Shown here: piece by piece, positions 23,684 through 37,034 of the stretch
Layout of the letters: each line of letters starts with the position of its first letter
Position numbering within the stretch: position 1 is the stretch's first letter
Origin: Syncephalis fuscata S228
Taxonomy: Eukaryota > Fungi > Zoopagomycota
Length of the DNA stretch: 64,000 nucleotides
NCBI GenBank assembly: GCA_025786725.1
Contig: JAHLTZ010000012.1
Coordinates: 558,001-622,000 of the forward strand
Direction of reading: 5' to 3'
Notes under the pieces: generated by a model
Databases searched by the model: none
Told to the model about the DNA's origin: nothing
What the model saw: the letters and a program-made list of their open reading frames with translations, nothing else
Translations under genes and position numbers: made by a program

Positions 23684-26600
23684 ATGGAAACTGTATATGC
23701 TCTCCACGATTTTGTTGGCGAAAACGAGGACGAGATCTCGTTCTACATCGGAGAGCCAATTTCTGTAATTGAAAAAGACGAACTTTATAACGATGGCTGG
23801 TGGCAGGTAAGTTTATACACTAATTAATACTAAAATAGAATAGTAATACTAATAATAATAACGTGCGTATATTCAATAATATGATGTAATCAGGGTCGTA
23901 GTGTACGTGGCGATACTGGTCTATTTCCATCCAACTACGTATCAGTTGAAAAGCCGTTACCCGTCGCGCATGACGATGATGACGACGACGACGATACGGA
24001 TTTAGACATACCACCACCCACAGCATTTTTAAATGGCCATGAAAGTATTTACTGTGATTCTACAATGTCACCGGTATTTCCCGATGTTAAAGTGCCATCA
24101 ATACCCGATATTCATATTGATACTCGTATACAACAATCGGTATCAGAACAGCAGCGTATAAGCATAACCGAATCATCGTTGCGACCAAGTGTAGACAGCA
24201 CTGAGTCGTATTCACAGTTGGCATCACCTGATTTAGCCTTTCCTGCACCGCCGGCCGATCTTTCAAACGGCAATAAACGCAATGAAACAATCCGTCGTCC
24301 AGAAGTCGATAGTTGGCATATTAGCGGCTGGTCACCAGCACAGGATAACTTGGAGCCAATACCCGAATTACCTTCTCAATACCGTAAGGGTTTGAATCAA
24401 AATGCAAATACAACAGCTACAACATCACCATCAAAGGCCGATATAACAAAAGCGCTGCCAAATTCACCACCTATATCGTCATCACCGGTAAAACTATTAC
24501 ACGCGGAACGCACTTCAAGCGCACCACCATCCAACGAACAGATATCAACGGTAAAGGCCAATGTAATGCCATCATCGGCCGTTAACGTTGGATCACCTGG
24601 ACATTCGCGTACTGTATCACAACCTATTATATCAACTGCTTCCTCTTCATCTTCATCGTCACCTGCCATGGTGGCTAAACGTGCAAGTGTTACGCGAGCC
24701 AGTTTGGAGTTGCGTAATTCTTCAGTGGAGATTAATGCACCACAGCCACATCTACCATTGCCACAGCCATTGACTTCATTCCGTCAATCGCCAGACTCGA
24801 CTGTTTCTGCACAGTCAACACCAGAAGAAGAAGAATCTAATCGACGATACCATGCTAGCAGCCGTACATCTGTAGCATCGGATAGTCATTCTAAGATGGC
24901 CAATCCAAGTATTACATCGCCTGTAACATCGTCCATTGATGTTACAGCCGAAACAAGGCATAAACAACCAACTATGGCTGAAGCAACTATTGAAGGGCAG
25001 CACATTAATGAACAGCATAATGAGCCACAACTACAGTCGGTGGAAGATGATCCATCTTCTTGGAACATGCAGCAGGTATCCAACTGGCTTGAAAGTGTTG
25101 GTTTATCTTCAGTTATTCCTGAATTCCAAAAACATGAAATTACTGGAGATGTACTACTCGATTTGAACATTACTATGCTTAAAGAGCTTGATATTTCATC
25201 ATTTGGTCGTCGCTATCACATTATGCAAGCAATAGCTACGCTGCGTAGTGGCGGTAATGGCATTCCAACTACACCTAGTGATTCAGGTTCAGCCAGTCGT
25301 AGTGGACGACTTAATAATGCACCATCGCATTCTCAACTCGATAACGTGCTTACCGACTCACGTGCTTCAATAAGATCGGCATCTAGCAATCATAGTCAGC
25401 AAGCACTTTCACGTGGTTCATCAACACGACAAGAATTGTATGATAATATGAATGCAGCAACAGCATCAAACAGCTTTAGCCATCGACGAGCACCGCCAAG
25501 CAGCGTAGTGCCACCTCGTCGTTCACCATCTCGTCCATTATCTACGATGAGCTTTGGTTCAGATGCACCATTGGCTGCAGCTGTTTACAGTGCTGGTTTA
25601 GAAGGCTCATTCCCATCGTCTCCACCAAGAGCTGATAATCAATTATCGCCGGTGCGTGAATCGCAGGATATGTCTAGGATGTCAAACGATAATAATAACA
25701 ATTATCGTGATACTTTACCTCGTGGATCTAATGGCTACCAAATTCAGCAACAACAACAACACAACAACAGCAACATCATCTCCATCATCAAAGGACACCT
25801 TCGATGCCAATTGTTTGGAATTCAAATGAGCCATTCCAACCTTCACGAAGTGAGCCTACATCGCGTAACCGTCAATTAGTCGTACGGTCACACCGGCAAC
25901 TGCATTGCCAGCTATGTCTACACTAGCCCGTCCTATGCATTATCAACAAGCAGCACCAGAAATTGCTTCATTAGCACGTCAATCAGGTGTACCACGACCA
26001 GAACATCAAGGCTGGCTACGTCGTCAAACATTAGGACCAGTTAAAGTATGGAAACGTCGCTGGTTTATTTTGAAAGATGGCCAATTATTCTCTTCAAAGA
26101 CACCTTCAGTAAGTTTATTAGTTAACAATAATATATATACTAATTTAATATATTAATTATCATAATTAACTACTTATTAATTATTAATTACTAATATTTG
26201 TTTATTAATTACTAATATTCGTTTATTAATTAATTAATTTTTATTTATTTATTAATAGGCAGAACGTATTAAACCAGTTGTAAGCATTGCTGGCTGTCGT
26301 ATTACACCCGACCCCAATGCCAATCCTGGCTATTACGGATTCCGTATTACGCCTTCTAATAAACATCCAGATCGTCGTGTGCAATTATTCTGCTACGACG
26401 ATGAAGATGCAACAAAGGCATGGATCAAATGTCTTATGAAGGCGACGATTGGCCGTGACTTTAATGCACCAGTCGTGTCTTCATGTACTGTGGCTACTGT
26501 TCCACTTAATGTTGCACGCGACATGGCACCACGGCCACCATCTGCCGTCTTTTCAGGCTCTCCTGTATCGCCGGTGTCACCGCAGCAGCCGAATGCCGAT

Positions 26601-27496
26601 AACTGGGGCCTTCCCAATATAAACAGTGAGCCATTTGCCGGTGGTAACGCTGAGGGAGACTGGCCGCAAACTGTCGGCAACCAAATGGTATCGCCGCCGC
26701 TAAGCAAGCCGGTATCAGCAAGCTTCATTTCGCCGCAGGAACAAGTATTCAATACTGGTATGTACCCACATCAGCAGACTGCGTATGAACAGCCCGGATT
26801 AAGGGGCCGGCCAGTCAGTGCTACCAACGATGCGCCGGTTGGGCAGCGTGTAAGCGGCTTTATGCGCTCTAATCAAGAAGGTGGGGAGGATAAGCGACAG
26901 AGTAAGCCGCGCATAAGTGTTATGTCACGCTTGAGCCGTGCGATCGATGACAGCACAGGCCGGCGGCCCAATTCGCGCAGTGGAGGGCAAAGCATTACAG
27001 TGCTGACGCGTCAGTCTCATCTTTCTTCTACCGGTAATAATAATAATAGTAGTGGCCAAGAACGGATATCACTCGCGAGGCAACAGCGTCAACCGCACTC
27101 TTCTCTAGTTATGATGGCGGGTGTCCCCGAGGAACCGGAACGGAACCGGAACATACTGGTGCCCAAGCTTCTTGACTGGGTCAATCGTTATCTTGCCCAT
27201 GCCGGTTACCATGCAGGGGATCTAACGGGCGATTTACGATCTGGATTCTTATTTTACGTTTTGTTGAAGAGTTATCGGGTCATAAACTGACGGCAGTTAT
27301 TCCTGATGCTTGTGAAACAGGCCGACACGTTGATGATATGTCCACAGTATTCCACTTTTTGCATTCGCTTAACGTTGACACCAAAGACTTTACCACAGCT
27401 GATATTCTTATAGGCAATGAGGAGAAAGTAGTATCGATGTTATTATCGATTCAACGGGCTTTCCCCAGTAGTGTCCCTGCCGACTTTTATCAATGA
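23684..27496 (+). CDS. Boi1/Boi2/Pob1-like polarity scaffold: SH3-SAM-PH plus C-terminal calponin-homology-like domain
   Basis: SH3 METVYALHDF...GWWQ|GRSVRGDTGLFPSNYV; SAM WNMQQVSNWLESVGL...HEITGDVLLDL...FGRR; PH HQGWLRRQ...WKRRWFILKD...AWIKCLMKATI; apparent 1-nt frameshifts at about 25760 and 27255. Confidence 0.85.
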
Positions 27497-27929
27497 AGAT
27501 ATTGTAGTAACATACAATATCTTTTTTGGTAATATAGTATCAATATTAATAATGGTAGTGGTTGTGTGATCGTTATTAGCAATGGCTAATTGTTTATTCT
27601 ATTTTGTTTTTGTTTATCGCGAACTACTTTATTGTTTGGTATAGTTAAATAAGTAACACCATTCTTATTTTTCCCTTCTTTCTCTCCTCTCTCTCTTTCT
27701 CTCTACTTATAATCACTGATAAGTGCGTGTACTATTCACGTACATTTATATTCATTATTTCAAGTGTACGTATCATATGTTACGTAACACTATTTCAACT
27801 GCGATGGATGTGTGACGATAATTATAAATTGCTCAATTTGTTATAATTAACCAATTAATTACTAATTTATTAACATTAACATTATTATTAATTTATTAAC
27901 ATTATTAATTGGGTAATTATATTTATTAA

Positions 27930-29440
27930 TTAAAAATCCAATGGATTATTCGTATTATTCCCACTACTTGCACAACCAAGACCCATCGATGGTCGCATTA
28001 CTTTGCCACGTTTTAATTCCTGCTTTGTATTTGTATCAGATTTTGATGCAGGTGTTGACCGACGTTCAGAAACACCGCCTTCTGGTGGTAAATGAAGTGT
28101 TTCCACCAATAGACCATGTCGCTTTTGACGAAATGCTAAATTCTCTCCTGCATGTCCGTATTTAACCAGAGTGGCTACGAGTGTATTAACACCGGCTGCT
28201 CGTCTAATATGTAGTGTGCCATGATATGCAGTTGCCGGATCACTGCTCATGGCTTTTTGTTCTTGTTCTATAATCAGCATGATATATAGGTGTGTTAGCA
28301 AGTGCATAATGTAATTATTGCATTAATAAACATTACCAGAAAATGAACGCAATTCAATAATTAAATCGGCACAATGCTCATATCGTCGAATCCATGCACT
28401 ATTTAAAGAAGATGCTGCCTCGTATAAATAAGCTGGTAGGGTAATCATTGCTACACCTAATGAATAGCGCAATAGACCACGAAGACTGTGTAAGAAACGG
28501 AATGTTGCCTATAGATGCTAGTGTAAGATAACAATACATCTATTGCTCTATTATTGCGTATGTTTACCTGTGGTGAAGCATTTGGCCAAGTAGGTGAAAT
28601 CATTGATTGAATAGCCACACGAAGAATACGACGTGGTGATGATGCACTAGCTTTATCGGCTACTGTCAATGAACTATATTCACTATCTATTTGTGCGGCA
28701 ATAGCAGCATATAACTGGGCATAGGGATCTTGTTCATCGTTATTAGCCTCTAGTGCCACCTTTGTAATATGTGGACTCGTTAAATGGGCTGCATCGATTG
28801 ATTTAGTAATATCAAATTTATGACAGAAAGTAGCAGCACCTAATAACACATTATTATAAACTACTCTCATTATATATATATATATATTACTAATAGCAAT
28901 ATTATTTACCAGTAGTTGACGGTGCAGTATTGGCAGAAGAGGCATCTACTTTACGAAGATGTTGATATCGCCATGCGATCTTCATTTGGTCACTATTATC
29001 ATTTGAATTGCCTTCGGTTTCTGTCGACGTCGGTGTAGGTGTCGATTCCTTTTTATGACCATCATCTCTCCATGGTGGAAGACATTGAAGTAGCGTATCT
29101 GGTGAATTATCGGCCGAGGCAACCAATAAACCATGGCCATGGGCTAATCCCTGAGCCATAAAATAGCGTAAAAGTAGCTGGGCATAACGTGTATGTTGGT
29201 CCTCTTTCACTAACAACAATGTACCAACGGGTAGACCACCACCTATAAAACGTGCCAATAGAGTTAATGTAATAACAATAATAATAATAGCTGTCATATT
29301 TGTATTGCTGTTATTTAAAGGATATCATCAAGAGAAGAGACGCCGGTCGATGTTAATAGCTGTGTATTATATACAGATAGGCGTGTTCCTTGAGGCAGGG
29401 CAGGTTGACTTGCCGGTGTACGTCGTTGAAAGGCACTCAT
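27930..29440 (-). CDS. ELP4: Elongator complex subunit 4, multi-exon
   Basis: LLTSTGVSSLD-x3-GGGLPVGTLLLVKED..YAQLLLRYFMAQGL; MKIAWRY; FCHKFDITK; LAFRQKRHGLLVETLHLPP; C-terminal LDF. Confidence 0.9.
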
Positions 29441-29539
29441 CGTTGTTACAAGTGCAAGATTTTAAGTTAAAAGCAATATAAAAGAAGAAAGTTTATTAAA
29501 TGTTTTATTTTATTTGTTTTATTTCTGTTTTTGTTCACC

Positions 29540-30390
29540 ATGGAGGATGAAATAGCCACTATTAGTACTAAAGACCTGCGGGTAAGCTATTCGTGTTATA
29601 GCAAGTATTAATAAACATATTAAATGATCATATAACGGTAATAGCAACGTAATGATGCGGTTAAAGCCGAATGTCTTTGTATTCAACAGAATCTTGCTGA
29701 AATTCAGGCGTAGGTTGACGAGCTATTGTTACAACCTAGACTAATACAGTATGGTAATTAGTACTATAAGCCAAGGCGTATCTAGTCGAAAAGCTGCTAT
29801 AACGTGTATAAAAGATGTCGGTTATTAGTATATAATTAATGATATAACCGCTTATATTCTATATAGTTTATAGGCACAGTCCATAAAGTTAAATACATGC
29901 AAATAACTCAAAAAGAGTTAAAAGACGAAATCTATAGTGTTAAGAAGCAACAATTACAGTATCAAACGTATGTAATTTAGTTATATATAAGCAGTAACAA
30001 TAGTGATAACATGGCATTTAATAGAAAATATCTAAACTTCAAGTCGATGTTGATCGTTTAGATAACCAAACTGTAGTTGTTATGACTTCAGTCGGTGGAT
30101 TAGAGAAACTTGCCGATAATTGTTTAAAAAGTAACTAATAACTAACTATTAGTTAACCAATTGATTAAAGGACTGTTTATTTATTGATATTAATTAGATA
30201 ATAATACCACTGACGATCAAGCACCCATTGAGCAGAATGAAGGTAGTATTTATTATCGTTATTATTATAATGTAGTGTACAATAGCTAATATTTAATGTA
30301 TTATTAATAGATGCGCGTCAACAACAAATTGAAGCATTGAAAGCTGAAATTGCCAGTTTAGAAGCAAATTTAAAAGAAGTTCAGAAATAA
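29540..30390 (+). CDS. Hypothetical small coiled-coil protein, many short exons
   Basis: CACCATGG start, GT-AG-bounded micro-exons, last exon ARQQQIEALKAEIASLEANLKEVQK*. Internal exon structure not fully resolved. Confidence 0.55.
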
Positions 30391-30465
30391 ACTGTACAAT
30401 AATAGTTTATTAACTAATCGATTAACTATATTGTAATAAATAAAAGTGGATAATAACTATACTAT

Positions 30466-33400
30466 TTATCTTTTTATAAGCATGGATTGTAGTTCAAATT
30501 TTAACATTTCTTGATAACAAATAAGTCGCTGTTGTTCAATATACTCTTGACTTAATCGCGTACTTAGTACACGTCCCGTGGTGATAGCTCTGTCTCTAAC
30601 CTTGCGTCGAATCGGTACACTCATCGATAGTTGAAGGAATAGACGCGTGTCCGCATCGATTTTAAGCTTAAGCTTTGCTAGTTGTGAAGCAATGCTATGT
30701 AGCTGATTATTAATGATTGTGCGACGTTGAACCAACTCTTCTGGAGTAGCCTGAACACAAGGGGCCGGTGTAAGTTTAATCGAACGATAAATGGCTACAT
30801 GGTTGATTTTAAACATCCAATCGGTTATTGCTTCCTCGCTGCCTGTACGTAGTAGCCATTGCTGGCCATCTGGTAGACAAAGTCGAAGAACATATGGATA
30901 CTTGGTATAGCTATGATCGATAATACAGATGGCATCCTTTAATGAGCAGATCTCAATGGGTGGCGGCACTGGATGCTGATACTATTAAATATAAAACATA
31001 AACTAGTTAGTTAGTTATTAATATAACTAGTGTATTAATTACTTACTGGATCAGTTAATACACTGCCGGCCATAGGTAAAATAGATTGATGATTTGGATC
31101 ACGGAACCATGCTACATCAGGAAAGAGAAATAGCTGTGAACCACAAAGCGCCAACCAATAGTGAACCCATGAACGTTGGCCGCTTCGATGGCCACTTTCA
31201 ATCTGATCCAATTTACGAATCACTAGGTCTTGCTTACTGCAAAGCAATTGTACATGGGAGTTCTGTTCACTGCCCGGCATGCTATGACTTGGAAGTAGCG
31301 ATAATGAATATTCCGTTGGATGATTGCCAATCGATGAAGCAAGACTTGGTTTAATGCCGGAAATACGAAGAAAACAGGCACTTTGTGATATAGATTGCGT
31401 ATTGGATGGCTTAGAATTATTTGGGGTAAAGCTATACTGATCAGCTTTTGGAATAGTTAGCTGAGGCTTTAATTTCCCTTTATTGGCCTATCATTAACAA
31501 CAATATTAATACAAATCCAGTTAATAAATATTACAATAATTTACACTTACCTGTTGCATATAACGCTGAGGTGACTTGACACTATTAGAATTAGTGCGGT
31601 TTCTTCCCAAAAACCGACCAAGAATATTGCCATGGTTATCAATATTCGTATCACCATTATTACGCTGATTAATTTGTTGTTCACCAGCATGAGAAAGCTT
31701 GGTGGTCACAATATTATCATATATAATCTAACAAAAACAATATAAATATACACTATAATTAATAGATGCTATAAATACAACTTACTTCTAAAAACTCCGA
31801 CGCAACAAACTGTGTCTTATCAGTTGAATTAACCTGGTTAATAAACTGTTCAAAATTAATACATTGATGTGCATCAGATCCATGCATATCAGCATGAAGT
31901 AACAGGATCGAAAATGCAGTTGAATAAACAACATCTATTAATAGTAACATATAAGTAATTATATAATAGCAATAGTATTGCTTACCAATAGATGGAAACA
32001 TATCTGGATTACATTCATGGAAGCGATTCGAGAAAGCAATAAGAATACAGTCAACCTTTTCTGGCTGTCTTGGTAAAGGTATATCCAACAATAGAGCACT
32101 AATCATAGCCGTGTTAATAGATAAATATATATACACACAAAATGAATCCCCCTTACCGTAAAGCCAAATCAATTGATGTTTCAGCAAAATCAAAATGCTT
32201 AAGATACGTAATTAGTATCAATAATGGACTACTCTTATGATTAAACATTCTAAATAGTTTAATTAGTATTTATCGCTTAAATAAGCTACACTTACTTTTG
32301 CTGTTCCGATTCATTCGATATCTGATTCGATACACTAGTGCTATTTACGTGTTGACTCAAACTATTGTAAGATGCTTGATAGCTGCCCTGTACACCAAAA
32401 TGACAAGTACGAGCCAAATAAGCATTATAATAATTATTGGGCGGTTGAGATGTTGATGCAGTAGCAGTAGCGATGGCAGTAGCAGTAGCGGTAGTAGTAC
32501 CAGTGATCGATGCTGCATTATTCAGCATAGTGTTCATCGATGAGGCCATTGGAATAGAAGCATCCTTTAATTGTTGATCAATAGATAAAACTGAACTATT
32601 ATTATTATTATTATCGCATAATGTATTAGAATGCGTGCCTTGAGTAGCATTCTTATTAACATTCAATGAATCATTATTAATATTACTAGTAATGTTGTTA
32701 TCTAATGATATCGATGGATGTTCATTCCAATAAACTTGGTTCCATGGTGGTAGCTTTTCCCAATCTATTTGTGGATACTCAGTCACCGGTGACAATGGCG
32801 TCTTTTTATCATTGACATTCGACAACATTGAAAGTGTTGTCGTATTCATATGAAGTGATAGTGCATCCACTGTATCAGATGATGTATCATCTAATGGTGT
32901 CCCCGTTAACATAGCATTGCGTAGCGTAGATATTCTATGAGTAAGCGTTTTGTTTGCTTGATGACTCAATGATTGATCAGCTAAAGATACTTCATGAATA
33001 GCCGGTTGAGAATGAGATCGTTGATGATTTACAACAAGTGTTTTGTTAATAGCTGGATCAGATGTTGTACGAGTATGCAATGCCGTATTATTATGCGTAT
33101 TACTAGTCATATTAGTAGTATTTGTTGTAGTGCAATGCCTTGAAGAAGATTGAACTGAACTGAAGGTCGATTCAGGTAATTTAAGGTGATAACTACTATT
33201 GCTATTGCTATTACTAGTATTGCTAGCATTCTTGATGGCTGATGTAGAGGCTTTCAATGAACTCTTCTGCATATTCACTTTACTAGTATTAACCATTAGT
33301 GGTGGATGACGAGATACAGCCATTGCCTGAGAACTAGTAGGCGGAATGACCACTTGTGGTATATTCTTACAAGATACTGTATTATCGCCCATAGACATTT

Positions 33401-36151
33401 TATTAAATGTTGGATAGGCCATGGATAGACTTGATGACTTTCTATGTGTCTTTCTTTGCTTTAAAGTAACATTAAATTTAGTAGATGCAGTATTAACAAT
33501 ACTAGATTGTAATGTTAATTGAGTTGGTTGATCATTGAACTCTCTTGGTAGTGTTGTACCAGATAGATGTTGACTATCCACAATAGGCACTGATGCAGAC
33601 CGTGAATGTCTAAAAGGCACCTCTCTACCATCATATAACGATGATGTAGACTGGGCATTTGATGTTGATTGCTGATGGTAGTGATGAAGTTCTCCAATAC
33701 TGGCCATTCTAGTGGATCGCATATTGTCCATCAAAGGACGTTGACCTGGTGGAGGAGCAGGCTTTTTATTAAACACAATCCGGGCCTTTTGACCTTGTAC
33801 TGATATAATACGTATACCTGCCGTACTAGGCGTACTCAATGGAGTATCAGTATCATTAATAGCTAGTTGATATAGCTCGCTGTTTTGTATAGTATCATTT
33901 ATAGATATACGTTCAGAAGTATTCTCTACTGCCTTATCTAAAAATGCTTCCGATAAACGTTCACATATAATTTCTCGAAGTTCATCTACTACCGGTTTTT
34001 CCACTGCTATTACTGGATTTGAAGACAATTCTGTACTATTCGCTGAATGTGTATCCAATTTTGCATTAAAAGAAGACCGTTTACTTCTTAGTGTATCGGC
34101 TACACCTAATACACCACTATTCCTTCTTTGTCGACGAGATTTAACACGAGAGGCCATTGATGATTGTCGACGCACACTAGACGGCGACTCATCTACTGTA
34201 TTCATATCACTTTTAGTCGATTCAACTAATTCAGATGTACATTTTAAATCTACTTGTTGAAGCAATCCACCTAATGTAATATCGTTTGAATTGACCGGTG
34301 ATGTTATTAGGCTAGAATGATTACTATCCATAGTAGATATTTGAGATAGTGATGCTGATGATAAATCTTCAGATATTGAAGAGTTAATTGAATGTGATGA
34401 TATAGAAAGTAGCGTATTGGATCTATTTGAAATAGCCGTTGTTACAGATATGGTTCTATGATGAGGTGACACAGTACGTCGTAGTGGATAGAGGTCGGTA
34501 TAAATGTAGATGGTGATATATTGGATGATGTAAATAGTCCATTCATTAATAAATTTAATTCTGATTTAAATGCCGTCACTGGTGTCATTGTGGATGTAGT
34601 CGATGTTGTAGTCACTATTGATGATAATGATGACGATGATGATGATTTAGGAATAACTAAAGAGGATCGACGATCAAATGAGTGTAATTGTGATCTTTTC
34701 ATTATGACATCATTCTGCCAATGACCGGATGATGTTAAAGCATGAGGGATTCTTTCAGGTAATTTGAGATCCATGACATCATTGGATCCAAAATCACAAT
34801 TGATTGATTTACGTACATCATAGACGGCAATACTGCCATCACTATTACTATTGCCATCAATATTACCATGATGGCTAATAAGATCTGGATCATAAAAGGA
34901 TGATAATGATAGGATAGAATTATCAAGAGAGAGTGATGCTTGTGACAGTTTAGGTTCATCCAATACAAATATAGGTAATCTTCTAGTCAGTGTAAGTAGA
35001 CGTTGTGTTACTTCATGAGTTTCCCGTAAGTGTTCTTCGGCTTCCTCAAGCATACGAAGTTCATCACGTACTCGGGCTGATTCACTACTGCTACTATGAG
35101 GTGAATGTTGAGTATCTGGACTATTCAACTCTTCTCCTTCTTGTTGTTCATTACTATGCTTATGGCGATCTAATAGTTTATTCATATGAATAGTGTCTTC
35201 ATTATTTGACGATATAGAGTCATCTTCACTATCAGTGCCATTACAGAAATAGGAATCCAATAAATCATTTACTTCAATATCATTTCTAACAATGGTGTAA
35301 CTGTTAGATTGGAAGAATTAGATGCTATACTTTTATCCATCAATATATCTGTAGTATCTATTAATATATAATATTAATATATAGTATTAGTATTAATAGA
35401 ATAGTATTGTTTGTTTGTTTACTAGCTTACTTGGTATAAAAGGTAATTTAGTTGTATTTATTACCGACTTGTTAACAGTATTAGATACGTTAGTGGATGT
35501 TGTTGAAGTAGACGGTGTATTTTTGGTGGTATCATATTTAGCAATTAAAAGTGCTACACCATTCTTAACTGGTGGTTTATGCTGGTTTTTAGGTTCCTCA
35601 GTCTTGGTGTTAATAGTTGTGGAGGTGGTTATAGTCAATGGCACCTTCTCTTGTTGATTTAATTGATTTTTCTTTGTTAATTGACTCGATTCAAACTTGG
35701 CCACTAATGCTGATGTGACATTTAATTTATGTGATGTATTCTGATGTTGTGTATTAATTACTTTTACATCATTAGCGTTTTCCATAATAGTTAACATTTT
35801 ACCATCACTATTACTATGATGACTATTAACACTCAATATTGAATCTTCTTCATATGCTGACTCTGTATCACTATCCATTGAAATACTACGATTGCGTCGT
35901 TTTCCTGTACGTCTTTTACGTCTTTCCATTGCATCTTGCATAAGACGCTGTTTAGTAAGGGCGGTGTTTGCTATTTCACTGCGCAACATATCGGTCTTTT
36001 CATTGCGTGCTGCTGCTTCTTTCTTTGCTAATAAGCGCATTTCTTTTTCAAGTTGTCTCGGACGATACAAAGGACGAGAAGTGTTGCTGTCTGATACTCC
36101 GTTCATATCCTGTCCCAACGATTGTATAATTGTATTGGATTCCCGTCTCAT
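30466..36151 (-). CDS. Large Sec7-like + PH protein (Syt1-like ARF-GEF family) with a degenerate Sec7 motif
   Basis: LPRQPEKVDCILIAFSNRFHECNP...YSTAFSILLLHADMH (Sec7-like); PH RSWVHYWLALCGSQLFLF, YTKYPYVLRL, DWMFKINHVA; long Ser/Thr/Asn-rich N-terminus with frame breaks near 34460 and 35270. Confidence 0.75.
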
Positions 36152-36349
36152 AGCTGAGTTTTAATACAAAACAATCTACGAAACACTTTAAAACCGTTCT
36201 GCATTAGTATAAAGTATCGGGCAATTACGATTGCTCGTAGAAAGTACCCTTCAACTGCCACTTACCTATTACTGTGAAGTGAAACTGTATAATATAAATG
36301 CCGAATAGTAGTAATACTATGGAGTAATTGCTGTGTGCTATAGTTGCTG

Positions 36350-36388
36350 GTTGCTAATAGTAGTTGCTAATAGTAGTTGCTAATAGTA
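36350..36388. repeat. 13-bp tandem repeat GTTGCTAATAGTA x3
   Basis: Direct inspection. Confidence 0.85.
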
Positions 36389-37034
36389 GTAGGAGTGGTA
36401 AAAGTGGTAGCGTCGACCAGCGACTATAGCTTAATTCAATAAAGATAAAAAACAAGAGAATAGTGCAATAGACCAAAAAGTATTCAAGTCACAGTTCAAG
36501 TTGGAATAAGACACAGATATATTTAACGGGTCAAGTGCAGCCAGAAACAAAGACTAAATAAAAAGGAAATGTAAGGTGTGTGTGTGTGAGAAACAGTAAT
36601 TGCTCTAATAATAATTATAATAGTACAGTTAATAATACTATATTACTATTTATTGTATGGTCATGTTCATCAAGGTAGAAACAACTTGTTTGTGACGGAG
36701 TAAGGGGCTATTGTTGTTCAGTTAGAGAATATGTTACATATACAACATAGATACACACACACACACGATACAGATACGGCCTTCGTTTTGTACACCTGTT
36801 TATTATGTCCATATCGGTTTCACTCCATGCTTGTACCATCTAAAAATGGACCCAAACATCAATATTAAACTAGATTTACATTATAAACAAAGAATGTTTT
36901 CATATAATGAAATAACAAGAACTAATAATAGTAATGAACAATATCTGTATCACTGAATAGATTCAAAGTCTGGTACTTCATCTATCGCGTAATACAATAG
37001 TGGCAGTATAATAATGATGTAATAGGAATCATTA

